A stretch of 64,000 nt of DNA. Origin: Callorhinchus milii (Eukaryota). Numbering within the stretch: the stretch's first letter is position 1; each line of letters begins with the position of its first letter. Location: assembly GCF_018977255.1 (NCBI RefSeq), contig NW_024704762.1, positions 7,316,001 to 7,380,000 of the forward strand. Reading direction: 5' to 3'. Positions 1 through 12,168 of the stretch are shown in pieces. Below the pieces are notes generated by a model that made no database searches, was not told where the DNA came from, and saw only the letters and a list, made by a program, of their open reading frames with translations. The position numbers and the translations under genes were made by a program.

Positions 1-100
<100 letters not shown>

Positions 101-254
101 CTAATATTAAGATGTTTCTGCTGAACTACTTGAAATATCTGTAAGAAATCACACTAGAGGTGAGCTATTAGTTCTGACAAGATGGAAGGTTTGGAAACCC
201 TACAAATGGAGTTTGTGTAATGCAATCACATGGTGACTGTCTGATCTGTTGTTT

Positions 255-498
255 GTTGAGCAGAGGCCAAGCGCTATCCTTTGGATGATATGTTAAATGT
301 TAAACCCTTCTGGCTGGGCAGGTAGGTGTTAAAGATTCCTTGGCAGTATTTAAAAAGGTACGTCTGTGGGACTTCACAGCACAAATTGGCTGTGCATTTG
401 CCTAACAAATACACAGTCACTACTCTTCATAGTAAACCCTGTGAAGCATTTTGCAATGTCCATCTGACATGAAAGTGGCTATATCAAATGCAAGAATC
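255..498 (+). mobile_element. 5'-truncated Deu SINE
   Basis: CAGGTAGGTGTTAAAGATTCC core, AAATTGGCTG, tail TATATCAAATGCAAG. Confidence 0.65.
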
Positions 499-604
499 AT
501 TGATGCAGCTGCTCTATGGATACCCACAGACTTGGCAATTCATGTGCTCTCATCCAAAGCCCCACCAGTCCCCACCCACTGCACTGCTGCTCTCCACCCA
601 GTAC

Positions 605-733
605 CTGGCGAGGCTGGAACTCCCATGATCTCTTTGCAGAGCTTGCTGTATTCTTCCTTCGGATCCACACCGACATTCTTGTGCAGCGACTGATCGACCC
701 TTGCCAAAACTATCTGCCGCAAATTAAAGAGCC
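605..733 (-). CDS. THOP1: THOP1 coding exon 10
   Basis: [18 protein letters not shown]...GVPASPG; ag/gt flanks, phase 1-1. Confidence 0.95.
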
Positions 734-892
734 CTGTACAGAGAGGAGAAATGTGTACATTTACTGGAATCATCTGAACCCATGTGTTCTGCCTAATCTC
801 TCAAGATCATGAGAGCACTGTGAGTGAGAATCCTAATGCTTACAAGTTCTAGGCCTCTGCAATATAAGGAGACCTGTTTTCATTTGGGATTT

Positions 893-1027
893 TGTTTGTG
901 GGACATTGGTGTGCACAAGTGGCTGCCGCTGTTCGCCCATAAAATACAGTCAATCCATTTTCCTGTGAAGTGCTTTGAGACAATTCAACGATGTGAAAAG
1001 ACGCTACATCAAATGCAAGGATTATTT
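893..1027 (+). mobile_element. Deu SINE 3' module. Similar copies at about 8287-8385(-), 8985-9070(-), 12507-12635(-), 15420-15598(+), 27645-27848(-), 42400-42515(+), 43330-43440(-), 44340-44462(+), 49066-49233(+), 53972-54142(+), 55495-55600(+), 63450-63619(+)
   Basis: Recurrent TTTGTGGGACA..TGTGCRCAATTGGCTGCC...GTGAAGYGCTTTGAGAY...TATCAAATGCAAGGATTATT. Confidence 0.8.
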
Positions 1028-1220
1028 GTGCACAGTCTCAGGCACATACAGTATGTAACACATCATCTGATCTTGTTGAACTCAAACAGATACTGAAATG
1101 TTTGACCAGATTGAGTATGTGGAGAAATAAGTTAACTTGGTTGCAGACTGGTCGAGTTTCTGTTTCAATCTGCTTCTGGTGATGCGAACTAGCTGATAGA
1201 AACAATATGAGTAAACCTAC

Positions 1221-1407
1221 CAGTGTTAGCAAGCCTGGACTTCAAGAGTTTCTCCAGCAGGTCCTCAGGAATGGCAGTCCCGTCCTTATAGTGCTTGGAC
1301 ATCCGCAGCAGAGGCTCCTTTTCCCAAACCCAATTCTCCAACATCTGGGATGGAGCCTCCACAAAATCCCTCTCAACGTGTGTTCCGCTGAACATGGCGA
1401 ACTCAGC
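1221..1407 (-). CDS. THOP1: THOP1 coding exon 9
   Basis: [29 protein letters not shown] (third Zn-ligand Glu region); ag/gt flanks. Confidence 0.96.
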
Positions 1408-1780
1408 CTGTCAGACAAGAGGAGAGTCAGTTCACTTGCACGTCACTGTGGTGGCCAGATCCCTGACGATCTGGGTGGGCAGAGACTTCAAATGCAACTC
1501 GTACAGACTTGGAAGGTTCCACATTTAAATCTCAGCCTGGAATAAATTAGTTTTAGTGCCAATGAAGTTGTACCCCAGAAGAGGGGGGGAGAGGGGGAAA
1601 TTGGTAGGCCCTCATCCCATAAGATTGTGGAGCTTGAGTCTGGACAGCAGCTAATAAGAGCAAGCTGAAGGCCTAGATCAGGCAAGGTCCTGCTATAGTT
1701 TAGGTTCTCCTGTGGCTTCTTGTGTGGCAATGTGGATAGGCTAACTGGTAAATCAACAGCAACAAAAGCAGAAGTCTCAC

Positions 1781-1982
1781 CTGGGAGCAGATCTGATGCA
1801 TCACATGGCCAAACTCATGGAAATAAGTCTCTACTTCATCGTGCTGGAGCAAAGATGGGGCATTGGGGGTGGGCTTGGTAAAGTTAGCCACCATGGCAGC
1901 CACGGTGATCTGCCGGCTTCCATCAGGCAGCAGACAGCCCGGCTGGAGACCGAAGCAAGCAGCGTGTCCGTACTTGCCCTCC
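1781..1982 (-). CDS. THOP1: THOP1 coding exon 8 (HEXXH zinc-binding motif)
   Basis: [17 protein letters not shown]...[15 protein letters not shown]; HEFGH at 1805-1819. Confidence 0.97.
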
Positions 1983-2355
1983 CTGCCAAACATACACCGG
2001 AGAACAAGATTAGAACAGTCCCCACCTACACTTCGACCAATGACATGTTCAACACCAGATAACATGCTCAACACCAGATAACATGCTAAGCAATTCACAA
2101 TGAAAGTTTAGACTTTTAGCGAAGGATTTCATCACATGGGAATGAGTGAAATTTACAAATTCATGGGGGAATGAAGTTCAAATTCCACCCGTCAACTTGA
2201 TCTTGGCAAACAAAAATAAAATGAAAAGACTTCAGAAGAGTCTTTTGATTTAAGTTTACCGCCAAAAAGTGAGAAACACTGACTATCTTTTACTCCAGTG
2301 GGTAGAGGAGAGGGTTAATTGCACAACTATATTCAATCCAGAATTAAATAATCAC

Positions 2356-2722
2356 CTTGGATACAAATCTAAGTAAAACTGTCCAATCAATTCTCTGCTT
2401 GCTGTGTCTTTGACGGAGTACATGGTCACATCCTCGTGCCAGGCAGATTCTTTCACCATCTGATCGAAGGTCAGACCCAACAGCTCTTGGTAAATATCCA
2501 GCAGCCCTGACGTCACAACATCCATTGGGAAATATTCCTTCAGCAGATTCTGGTCCACCAAGTACTTCATCTCCTCCACCTGGTTCATGTAGTACCGTAA
2601 ATCCCAGGCATTTATGTTGTCATCAAAATCTAGCCCTCGCTTCTCACACTCTTTTGTCTTCAGCTCCAAGATGTACCTCCGTTCCTCTTCGCCCAGTGGC
2701 TTCAGTTTCCGTGCCAGCTCGT
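2356..2722 (-). CDS. THOP1: THOP1 coding exon 7
   Basis: [15 protein letters not shown]...FYLDLYPR; ag/gt flanks, phase 1-2. Confidence 0.96.
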
Positions 2723-3145
2723 CTAATGGGAACAAAGATTAAAAATGCGCAGTTAACATTGGCAAATTTGGCAACTGACTCCCTTTAAGTGCAGGATGAA
2801 ACTGAGCAGAAACAAGGAACTTCCTTAAGAACAGAAATAAAAGCTTCTTGGCTAGATGTTCAGAAAGGGCTCTGCTGGAAACCGGGGAGGTTGCTCGAAA
2901 GTAATGGATTCAAATCTACAACGACCTTGTCCCAGGTGTTGTTGTGCAGAGGTCTGATCACACAATTGCCAGAGGACCGCATGTAAACACATTGCCTGTT
3001 TTGAAGCCAGGCATGGTCCAGTAAATGAACAGAATTACCTAAACAAGAGCCTCACTGCGGACTTTGAAGGATTCTAATCTTTAATAGTTCCTAAATGCAC
3101 TTCCAACCAGGCACAGCACTGCCTGGTAATAAAGAGCTTCCTTAC

Positions 3146-3281
3146 CCAGAAACACGCTGACATTTTTGCTGTTCTTGGCCATGTTCATCTCCAGTACAAA
3201 GTCAGCGTGGGTGTTGAAGCTCAGGAGTGCAGACTTCTTCCCACGAAGTTCCACCAATTCCTTAAGGATTTTCGCATTTTC
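3146..3281 (-). CDS. THOP1: THOP1 coding exon 6
   Basis: ENAKILKELVELRGKKSALLSFNTHADFVLEMNMAKNSKNVSVFL; read manually (not in ORF track). Confidence 0.94.
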
Positions 3282-3530
3282 CTACAACAGTAAGATACAA
3301 ATTTGCTTTCTTTCACTCTTCTCGGATGTCCTCCCGACGTGAAAGATGCTCTATAAATGTAATTTTATTGTTGTTGTTGACACTGAAAAACATTCTACTA
3401 TATGGGTGGAACATAATCCTAAAGGAGATCTCTGTTCATTCTTGGTGACTTGACGTCCCTTCGTTTCTCTGAAAAGCTTTTACGAAGCCCAAAAGCAATC
3501 CTTCTATGCAGACAAAACCAGGCAACTTAC

Positions 3531-3691
3531 CTCCTTACACCGTGAGTTAAAGGCTTCCTCCATCTTCTTTCGTGTTTCTGGGATGTAACACTTCTTCATT
3601 AAGGGAAAGTAGTGCGGGTATTTCAACGTCACCTTCAGCTTTCCTTCTTCACTCTTCTCCAGGCTGCTTATAAAATCATCAGGGAGACCAC
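3531..3691 (-). CDS. THOP1: THOP1 coding exon 5
   Basis: [31 protein letters not shown]...RCKE. Confidence 0.95.
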
Positions 3692-3908
3692 CTGAAAAAA
3701 AAAAGTGAAAGCTAAAATAGAGAAACAAAGGGACGGAGACGTGCAAAGTGACTTCTTTTTTTTATTATTACTCAAAATTTTTAGAGTCTTATCACTCTTC
3801 CGTACAACAGGGGAATCATTCAAAAAAGTACTATATCTCCCTTAGACTTTGTCACCTTTACTCTCCATTCCCACTGAAGTATTCACCCATAGATGATTCC
3901 AGTCTTAC

Positions 3909-4011
3909 CCAGCTCCTCCTGGGTAAACTGCAGGAAAGTGGTGTTCTCATTCAGGTTCTTGTTGAAATCGATGCACAAGGTGCTGATTCTCTTCTTGATG
4001 CTTTTGATTTC
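3909..4011 (-). CDS. THOP1: THOP1 coding exon 4
   Basis: [34 protein letters not shown]; read manually. Confidence 0.94.
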
Positions 4012-4213
4012 CTACAGTAAAGAAAGGAAGACATTCAGCTATTTCTCTGATACCTATTATATTCACAGGGTACGAGATAAATATTTGAGACAAAAAAAAA
4101 TATTCAACCTTAAGGGGCCCCAACTGCTTTTTTTAATATATCTATAACACATCCACCAGCACAGATAACACCATATCATCTGTATCCTTTCTGTTAGACA
4201 TCCTGATGCTCAC

Positions 4214-4321
4214 CTCTTGCTTATCTTTGTTCAGGTGAAGCCCGTTCCTCCTTCCCAGTTTAAGAAGTCTTTCCATGTAACGTTTGGCCTCTGGACGCAG
4301 TGCATCAGCCTGGCACTTCTC
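4214..4321 (-). CDS. THOP1: THOP1 coding exon 3
   Basis: EKCQADALRPEAKRYMERLLKLGRRNGLHLNKDKQE; 108 nt, phase 0-0. Confidence 0.95.
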
Positions 4322-4522
4322 CTGAAAGATCAAACCGTCAGTGAACGGAGAGCTCCATAGCCTTTCATTCGTGTATTTGATCCTAGATTTTGAACAGCAA
4401 TTATTAAGTTTAGTGTCAAAGTCCCCCACTCCCAGGGTAAGACACAATTCCAGATTCTTTCAGAAATGCCTCAGGGTTTCCCAGAAGTGCTGCTCCCCAC
4501 TCAGCGTGCAACTGATTCTCAC

Positions 4523-4671
4523 CTGAAGAGCTACAATCCTCTGGTACACATCCTCTCTCATGCTCATCTCTACATCAAATTCAGATAGCCGTTTGTCTGC
4601 CTCTGTGCTCGCAGTTCGAATCTCTTTGCAAGGAGAGACATGCTGAGGGAAGTCCAGAATGTTTCGGTGCA
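4523..4671 (-). CDS. THOP1: THOP1 coding exon 2
   Basis: [50 protein letters not shown]. Confidence 0.95.
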
Positions 4672-6092
4672 CTGAAATAATCAAAAGAAAACGCTGTTGA
4701 GCATCAGGAAAATGACTCAGCAAATCAACATTGTACTGTGTGGAGACCAGAACCCCAGGGACTCTCAGCTTTAATGTTTGTAGCTTCTGAAAAGACAAGC
4801 AGGTGATCTAGGTAGCATAACACTTTGATGCAACTTATTGCAATCAGAAAACTCGTAACTAGAGGTAGAAGATTTCAGAGACATTCAGGAAATTCTTCTT
4901 CTCAGTACTACTGATATGTATACTTTTACAATGTCATAAGTGAGAAAACAGATCTTTCATTTACCCAACTAAAATAAATAATTCCTTTTATGTTGTAATG
5001 AGTTCTCAGTGAAAAGCGCTTGGGGCAGTCTCAATTCACTTGTGGGATTAGATGATGCTGTGTCCCTGTCGAGAGATTATGCACTGCGATCCAGACAAAA
5101 TGAAATTTTCATACAAAAGTGGAACTCAGTAACTTAGATGTTATATTATTACTATTATTAAGCATGGTGATGGGCTCCCGCGCATGTGAACACCTGGCTG
5201 ATCAAAAGTTCATAAGTTGAGAGCACAAAACTGTCCTTGAGTTCCCCAATTCTAACATGTGTGGTTATGAGATTTCCTGGAAATAGATGATTTATACCTA
5301 TAGGCGGGAGAGTGTAAATAACAGCTTTATCTGCATCTAACCTATGCTGTACCTGATCAAGCTTGAAGCTAATAGGAATGTGCAGGAAAAATGTCTCACC
5401 TGAATATTCAGGGATTTAGCATTTTTGGTTATTTCATATAGAAGATGCTCGTACAGCATTATACTACAGTACAATGGCCACCATCATTATTAAAAGTTTG
5501 TACTTGGCATAAAAACCTACAGCGTTGTCCTCTAATATATACAGTACATCGGGTTGATTGGTCAGTTTATAACTTCGAGATCCTTTGTCTATTGTGAAAA
5601 ATCAAACACATCCCCAAATTTATTTGGTCCAACAAAGGCCGTGGAAGAGATAGGTAAAGCCCTCAGTCAGCGGCTCTGCACGGAAAAACTGCTGAACATT
5701 TTGAACTTTTGCTTACATCTGCTTACAAAAGGCTTTTTTTTCCCCACAATACCTACCCCTCTGACCAGGGCTTTCTGTTCACATACAATATCAGTCAGCG
5801 TGGAAGGGTCACCAGAGAAAATTCTTTATGCTTCACCGTCAATTCATACTAAATAGTGCAGCAAAATGGTTCTGCTTTGTTGTGGACATTTTTTTTAAAA
5901 AAAATGGCAAAGTGTAATTTTCTCATTCTTTAAACAGCATTAGGGAGAATGAAAAAGGAGGGGGAAAATCTTTATAAGTACAAGAACAAAACACCAAGCG
6001 CCCTTCTCTCGTCATTGCTCAGAGCCCAAGATTCAAGCAAAACACATAAGGTCTGAGGACAAGATGGTTCCGGTGCTTTGCAAGCAATAACA

Positions 6093-6212
6093 GTAATAAT
6101 AATCCCTGGCGTTTGATGGCGAGCGCCTTATCGAGTCTTCCGGGACGTTTCAAAGCGCTTCGCCGGGTATACCGCAAAGTGAATACGCAGTGTTTTGCGG
6201 ATAAAACAGCTC
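6093..6212 (-). mobile_element. CpG-rich SINE 3' module in THOP1 intron 1
   Basis: Reverse complement of the recurrent SINE tail with (AAT)n. Confidence 0.7.
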
Positions 6213-6456
6213 CGCTTGGCAGAGCGTTGCTGGGTGACTCCCCCTCCCGAGGGAGAGCAACTAAACCGTTTGACATCTCCATGTCAGCAATGACGAGCAG
6301 CAGATGTCTTGACCCACACAGGGATTTTATCCTTCCAAGTCATCCCAGGCCTCACCAGCAGCGGGACACACACAAAAAGGTCATGACAACCCACTCCCCC
6401 CCCTCCCTCCCTATGGCGTTCTCCCCTATGGGCTTCTCTGGGCGGACCCCGTGGTG

Positions 6457-6600
6457 TAACAACAACAACAACAATCCTCGCATTTGGTACAGCGCCTCAT
6501 CGCGTCTTGCCGGACGTCTCAAAGCGCTTCACAGGATACACTGCCAAGCGGACTGACTGCATGTGTGTTGCGGGCGAAACGCGGCAGCCGATCTCGCGCG
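6457..6600 (-). mobile_element. CpG-rich SINE 3' module in THOP1 intron 1
   Basis: (AAC)n tail, GCATTTGGTACAGCGCC...CAAAGCGCTTCACAGG...GCGGCAGCCGAT. Confidence 0.75.
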
Positions 6601-6653
6601 CACACACACACGCGCGCACACACAGAGAGAGAGCGCAGCCCCCGCTCCCTTAC

Positions 6654-6867
6654 CCGTGTACTCCACCTCGATGTCCGCCAGGGCCTTCAGCGTGTTCTCG
6701 TAGTTCACCTCGGCCAGGGGCTGCGATCCCACCCGGTCGTACACCTGCTTTGTCCTTTGGATCAAGGCCTCGGTCTCCGATTCGATTTGGCTCCGGCTGA
6801 GGTTCCATCGGAGCTGGTTTATGCCCTCGCGGGCGCCGCTGATCACCACTTCGCCGGTAGGAGCCAT
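6654..6867 (-). CDS. THOP1: THOP1 first coding exon
   Basis: ATG at 6865-6867 (cacATGG); ...INQLRWNLSRSQIESETEALIQRTKQVYDRVG...EVEYT then G|gtaagg donor. The start codon is less certain than the exon body. Confidence 0.88.
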
Positions 6868-7400
6868 GTGGAGGGTTGGGTTGGGTGGGGGGAGAAGGTT
6901 GGGGTGGGGAAAGCGGTCGGGCGGTAAGTGAGGCCGGAGAGGACACGGGCAGCGATTAGGCCGAAGAGCCGCCGCGCGCTTTCACGATTTCCAGTCACAA
7001 CGTGAGCACCTCCAACGATTCAAACTTAACTGTCGCACGGCTCCCGCCTCCCGCTTCTCCTCATTGGTCGCCTCGGCCGATCACTCCTCTCCTATTGGTC
7101 CGGCGCCACGTCAATCGTACCAAATGCCTCCCCCCGCCCTTGACAGACGGGTTGCCCTCTGATTTTTTACCGGAAGTCCCGCCTAACACGGCTCCCATTG
7201 GACTCCTGCCGCCCCGAGCGGCTGCCCTGCCGTTACCTGATTCGTTGACGTCGACGTCAATCACAAAACGGGTGGCCGAGCTGGTGGAAAAGCCGCTCAC
7301 GTGCGCGGAGAGCGCGACCTCCCCCCTCCCCCCACGCACGCACGGCGCTGCTGGCAGAAGAGCGCATGCGCCCTGGGGCTTTGACGTGCGGGCGCCTGCG
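6868..7400. promoter_or_regulatory. Bidirectional CpG-island promoter shared by THOP1 and SGTA
   Basis: CpG-rich. ATTGG/CCAAT boxes near 7063, 7095 and 7197; ETS CCGGAAGT 7170-7177; NRF1-type GCGCATGCGC 7362-7371; E-box CACGTG 7298-7303; palindrome TTGACGTCGACGTCAA 7245-7260. Confidence 0.85.
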
Positions 7401-7472
7401 CGAAGGAAGGCCGCGTCGGTGCTGGAACGAGTGGCCTACGGGAAAGCAGAGGCGGCGACGACCACGACGGCG
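7400..7472 (+). other. SGTA: SGTA non-coding exon 1 (5' boundary approximate)
   Basis: Strong donor GCG|gtgagt at 7473 at the edge of the CpG island; next acceptor ttttag at 11283. Confidence 0.7.
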
Positions 7473-7708
7473 GTGAGTGAGTGAGTGAGCGGAAGGAAGG
7501 AAGGAGTCTCGGGTGTTGCGGCTGCTGTTGCCGCCGCCGGTAACGGGTCTTCTGGCGGGCGGGTAACCCTCACACTGAGGGAGGGAGGGAGGGGGGAGAG
7601 AGGGTGAGGTAGAGCTGCTGAGGCGAGGGGGAGAGGGTGAGGGCAGCAGCAGCTTCGCAAGGCCCAGATCGGAATGTGCTGCCCTTGTGCTCGTGGTTGT
7701 CAGCAGCC

Positions 7709-7931
7709 TGTGTGTGTGTGTGTGTGTGTGTGCGTCAGTCTGTCAGTCTCTCTCTCTATCTGGACAGGCAGCAGCTGGGTCCAGTTGGTGGCCCCCCATT
7801 TGCCAAAACGAAAAAAAAAGGATCCAGAAGCCAAAGCCGTCAGTGAGCGAAGTGGATATGTGCTTTATTTTAATACTACCACTACCACTGCTGCTGCTGC
7901 TGCTAATAATGATGATGATGATGATGATGAT
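7709..7931. repeat. (TG)n, (GCT)n and (GAT)n microsatellites
   Basis: Directly visible. Confidence 0.9.
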
Positions 7932-10900
7932 CTTTGCGTTTGATGTAGGGCCTCATCACGTCTTTGAGATGTCGCGAAGCGCTCCGCGTGATGTACTGTA
8001 AAGTGAATTGACTGTATATTTTGTGGGGGGGAAAATATGAGAGGGAGGGAGGGAGGGAGCGAGGCCTACCTGTTGTCTCAGCCCTCTGGAGGCAGCTTCG
8101 TGGTCGGCACCGCTCTCTTTTCTTTGCTAAGGCTCCTCACGCGAGGACTTGGATCAAGCAGCTGGTATTCAGCGAGCGTCGTTAGACTTGCGCCTTCGCA
8201 ATATCAAGGTGGCACAAGCTGTCTTGTCTTTCCACCATGCTCAAGACGTGTGTGTGTGTGTGTGTCTGAGCTGTGGGCACAGGAAATTAATGATCCTTGC
8301 ATTTGATATAGCATATTTTTACGTTGTTGACATTGTGCTTCATGGGATATACAGTAAAGTGGTGCTGTATTTTATGGGTGACCTGATTAGTAACCAGACT
8401 GGCTATGCACACCATGAGTGCCTGTCTCTGCCACTACCTCACTCCTTAGTTCAGGCTTGACTATGCCAATGCTTGCTTCCTGGACTCCCCAGCTCTTTCC
8501 TACGCAAGCCCTGTGTCCTTTCCTGCTCCAGGCTCTATGAGCTTATCACCCCCGTTCTCACCTTCAAAACCCTCCAAAGTTTCACCCCACTCTTATCTCT
8601 GCGACCACCCCAAACCCTACCAATCCAGCTACTCCTTTTCATTCAACCTGATTCAAGTCTTATCGTTTTGACTGTGCTTTCATCCACATTACTCCTCCGC
8701 TCCTGAGCTTTTGACAATTTCTGAGTAACAGCTTATTAAAGTGTTATGAAGTTTTTCCTTCATAGCAATATTGAGATCTGTGACTCATAAAGGCTCAAGC
8801 TAAAGGACAATATTTTTATGCCCATTATATGGACACCATCGAAATGACTGAACATGGTTAAGGTGCCAATTATACTGTAAAACTCTGTTCAAAATTCTTC
8901 TTGGGCTTGAGCTGTTAGCTGGTCCTGTAACTTTTTGAGCCTATTTCAAATTCTCTGAAAGCTTGGTGCTCAATGAAAGAAAGAAATTGCATTTTGGTTA
9001 TGCCTTATCAAATTGAAATGTCTCAAAGTGCTTCATAGGTAATTATTGTTGAGTAGGCAAACACAGCAGCATTGCACCAACATCATCCAACAAACAGTTG
9101 TAGTTGACTGAATAATGAACCTGGAGGATTGGGTGGGCAAGACAGCATTGTATTATTATTATTGTCATCAGATCTTTAATGTTCATTTGAGGACAAGCAA
9201 GCAGACTGTGTTTCTGACTTCCATTGTGGTGGGCTACCATTCTTCCTGAACCAATGGATATGCCTCTTGAAATAAATCCCTTTAAATATTAGTTTTAATA
9301 GCTGTTTTAGTAGCGAACCATTCCATGTTTCAATAATGTGGTGCCAGAAACATCTTTCCTCTTCCTGAGTTTACATCCTTTTGTTACACATTTGTCAACC
9401 AGAAGGAATAATCTTCTACTATTTATCCTCCCTATACCTTCTGTTCCTGCTGTATATAAAGGCCCCATGTTAATTGCTTTCAGCGCAAGTTCCACACAGT
9501 TACTAGTGAGTACAAACCTCAGAAAGCAATTTTTTGTTAATGCCTCACAAAATAGCACCCTTTGTACTTGCTACAGGGAATGCAAAAAGTCACACTGGTA
9601 CAGTGAAGAATGCTTGTTTTTGTGCCATAACATGCAAAATGTTTCAGTGTCAGAGGAGAACCCATCTGTTGTGCACAACAGTACGAGGTTAACTATGTTA
9701 AACCGGTTCTGTGACATGCCAAAAGCTCATTGTTTTCAAGTTTTGTGTCGGTTAGGGAAGGCAAATGATGTACTGCTATAAGTATGGGTAGCTGAATACA
9801 AATCTTTCTCTATACTTCCACCCTTGGGCTGAAGGTGGTGCAGTTGTGTAATGAATCGATTTGTGTTCATTCTTTTTGTAAATGGGTGCTCCAGTCCCCT
9901 GTGGGCTTCAGAATCTGGATGGCCATTATTTTTCTGAAACTTTTTTTATATAAAAAAAACCGTAGCTCTGGGTGCCTTAAATTCTGTGGTTGTGTGTAGC
10001 GGTTATTGAATCCTTGGTTCCATTGGATTTGTGAAAAGAATGTGTGCCAAAGACTGCTTGAAATATTACTATAGCCAAGTTCATGCACTGACTGAGCTAC
10101 ATTTACCCTCCAAGTAAAATGCAGACTCTTGTTACCAATTGTAGACACCGAAACATGACTGCCCCATGCAGTTACTGCAGAATGTTTGACATTGTGTTAA
10201 AATGTTGTAGTTCAAGAGGATATTGTGAACGTTACAGTGATGTCCTTAAAAGTTAATTTCATAGGCATTAGAAATCCCCCAATTTGGGCTTGAACTTGCA
10301 GCCTTGGCTGATACTCCAGAAACTTTTAAGTATTTCTGCACTTGATTTTCTTATATAACACGTCTTACTCAGTTGAACCAGAATCAGACAAGGGAGACTT
10401 TTTTTATGGTTGGTCACCCTATTTACTACGTTTTCTATTCCGTCATCTGTGTAGGGGCCTTCAGCCAATATGCCCTGGCTCTTTCCAGCTCTCTCACAAA
10501 GTCGTTTTGGTTTGCATCTTTTTCTCCCTGCCTTCAAAAACCTCTCTCTTTGACTTCATCTTTGGTCAACCCTTTTAAATTGTTCATCCTCTCCAACCTG
10601 CTCCATATCGACTGTGAAGTGAATCCTTTGTGAGTCCAATTTGCTTCTTTTAATGCTTAAGAATGCCAGTTAGAGGCAGCCTAAAAGTAGAAGTATCATG
10701 TAGGAATTTTATCCCTCTTCTCGCTTGTGTCTTGGTAAAGATCCTTTCTAAAAGGGACAGTGAGGAGCTCGCTGTTTGCTATGCAATCGGAGAGCACACG
10801 AGAGACTGTTCTACACAAAGCTGCCTCTCACCAGCATTTTTACTGAACAAGAGACTGAAACCTCATTAAGTACACAGATATTCTAAATACAACTTGTAGT

Positions 10901-11337
10901 CTAATTGCAGTTGATTGCATCGTACAGCAAATCAGTGGTACACAGTTGCTTGGTCTCAGTGCATTGATGTAGATTGGTAGAAAAGAGGAGCCTTCTCTTC
11001 CAAATCTATTTGTTTTCATCCAGGCCTAAAATAGTCGGATCACTACTTGGCCTGATCACTGAGAGGACGTCATCTCTTCTTCTTAAGGGGAGGGATAAGT
11101 GCCTGCTGCCAATGCTCTTCCTGTTGTCCAGGAATATGTTGCAAGGCCTGGAGGCTCAGCTGCCTTGTTTTGGGAAAGACAAAGTAGTATTTTACAGATT
11201 AATTCTGGAAAGAATAAGGTTAAGGACGATAGTTGACGTCTAAAAAGGAATTTTGAATCATTGACTGAACCTTTTATTTTTAGTGTACCGTACTGCTCTG
11301 AAACCTAGACTTGGAGGTCTAGACTACACAATTGATA

Positions 11338-11437
11338 ATGACCGACACCAAGCGCCTCGCGTTCTCCATTATCCAGTTTCTACGTGACCAGCTCCAGGGT
11401 GGGGATCTTTCCTCAGATGCTCAGGAGAGCTTAGAGG
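11338..11437 (+). CDS. SGTA: SGTA coding exon 1 (N-terminal dimerisation domain)
   Basis: MTDTKRLAFSIIQFLRDQLQGGDLSSDAQESLE; exon begins 11284; G|gtaagt donor. Confidence 0.95.
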
Positions 11438-11632
11438 GTAAGTGATGTAAGTCGCGAAATCTGTCATAGAGGAAGATAAATATATACTTTTGTTAAAATA
11501 GAAACATACATCAGCTAAAGGCAAGTAACTAACCTCTCATTTTCGCTTTACTGAGCACAAGTTTAATAAAATCTACTGCTCTTTTGTGATTGATGGTAAT
11601 ACATACAATCGTCTATAATTTTCTCCCCTCAG

Positions 11633-11736
11633 TTGCTATCCAATGTTTGGAGACGGCATTTGGTGTCTCCACAGAAAACGAGGCTCTCGCTGTATCTCAA
11701 ACCCTCCCAGAGATTTTCGCAGCTGCTGTCAGTAAG
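11633..11736 (+). CDS. SGTA: SGTA coding exon 2
   Basis: [35 protein letters not shown]. Confidence 0.95.
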
Positions 11737-12168
11737 GTAAGAATTACACTTTAAAAGAAAAACATTACCCCAAGTTTCCAGTGATCGCATGCGCTTGATA
11801 CATAGTCTAAAGCTGACAGTTTTGCAATGTGTCAATTGAACATTAAAGAATTGCATTGTGAAGAACTTGCATATGTTATGGTCTCTAGATGCTTAGTAGT
11901 AATTACTGTCTTCCAATAGTATTTGGGGATCTTTAACATCCACCTGAACAGGTAGGTGGAATGGTCTGTGTCATCCAATAATGCAGCAATAATGCACCCT
12001 GGTCTGTAAGTTCAATTCCCGAAGTAAAGTTTGCACCCATAGCCACATGACCCAGAAACTCATTGAGTTAGGCTGACATCAGTGTGGTAATCTGCTCATT
12101 CAATTATATCCAATATCACTAATAGAATTCAAGACTCTTCCAGTAAAATAAAACTTACTTCTTCTCAG

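Noticed and set aside
6113-7484. 147-160-aa plus-strand ORFs
   Set aside because: Arise from GC-rich island DNA, SINE copies and the antisense of THOP1 exon 1; no recognisable protein family.
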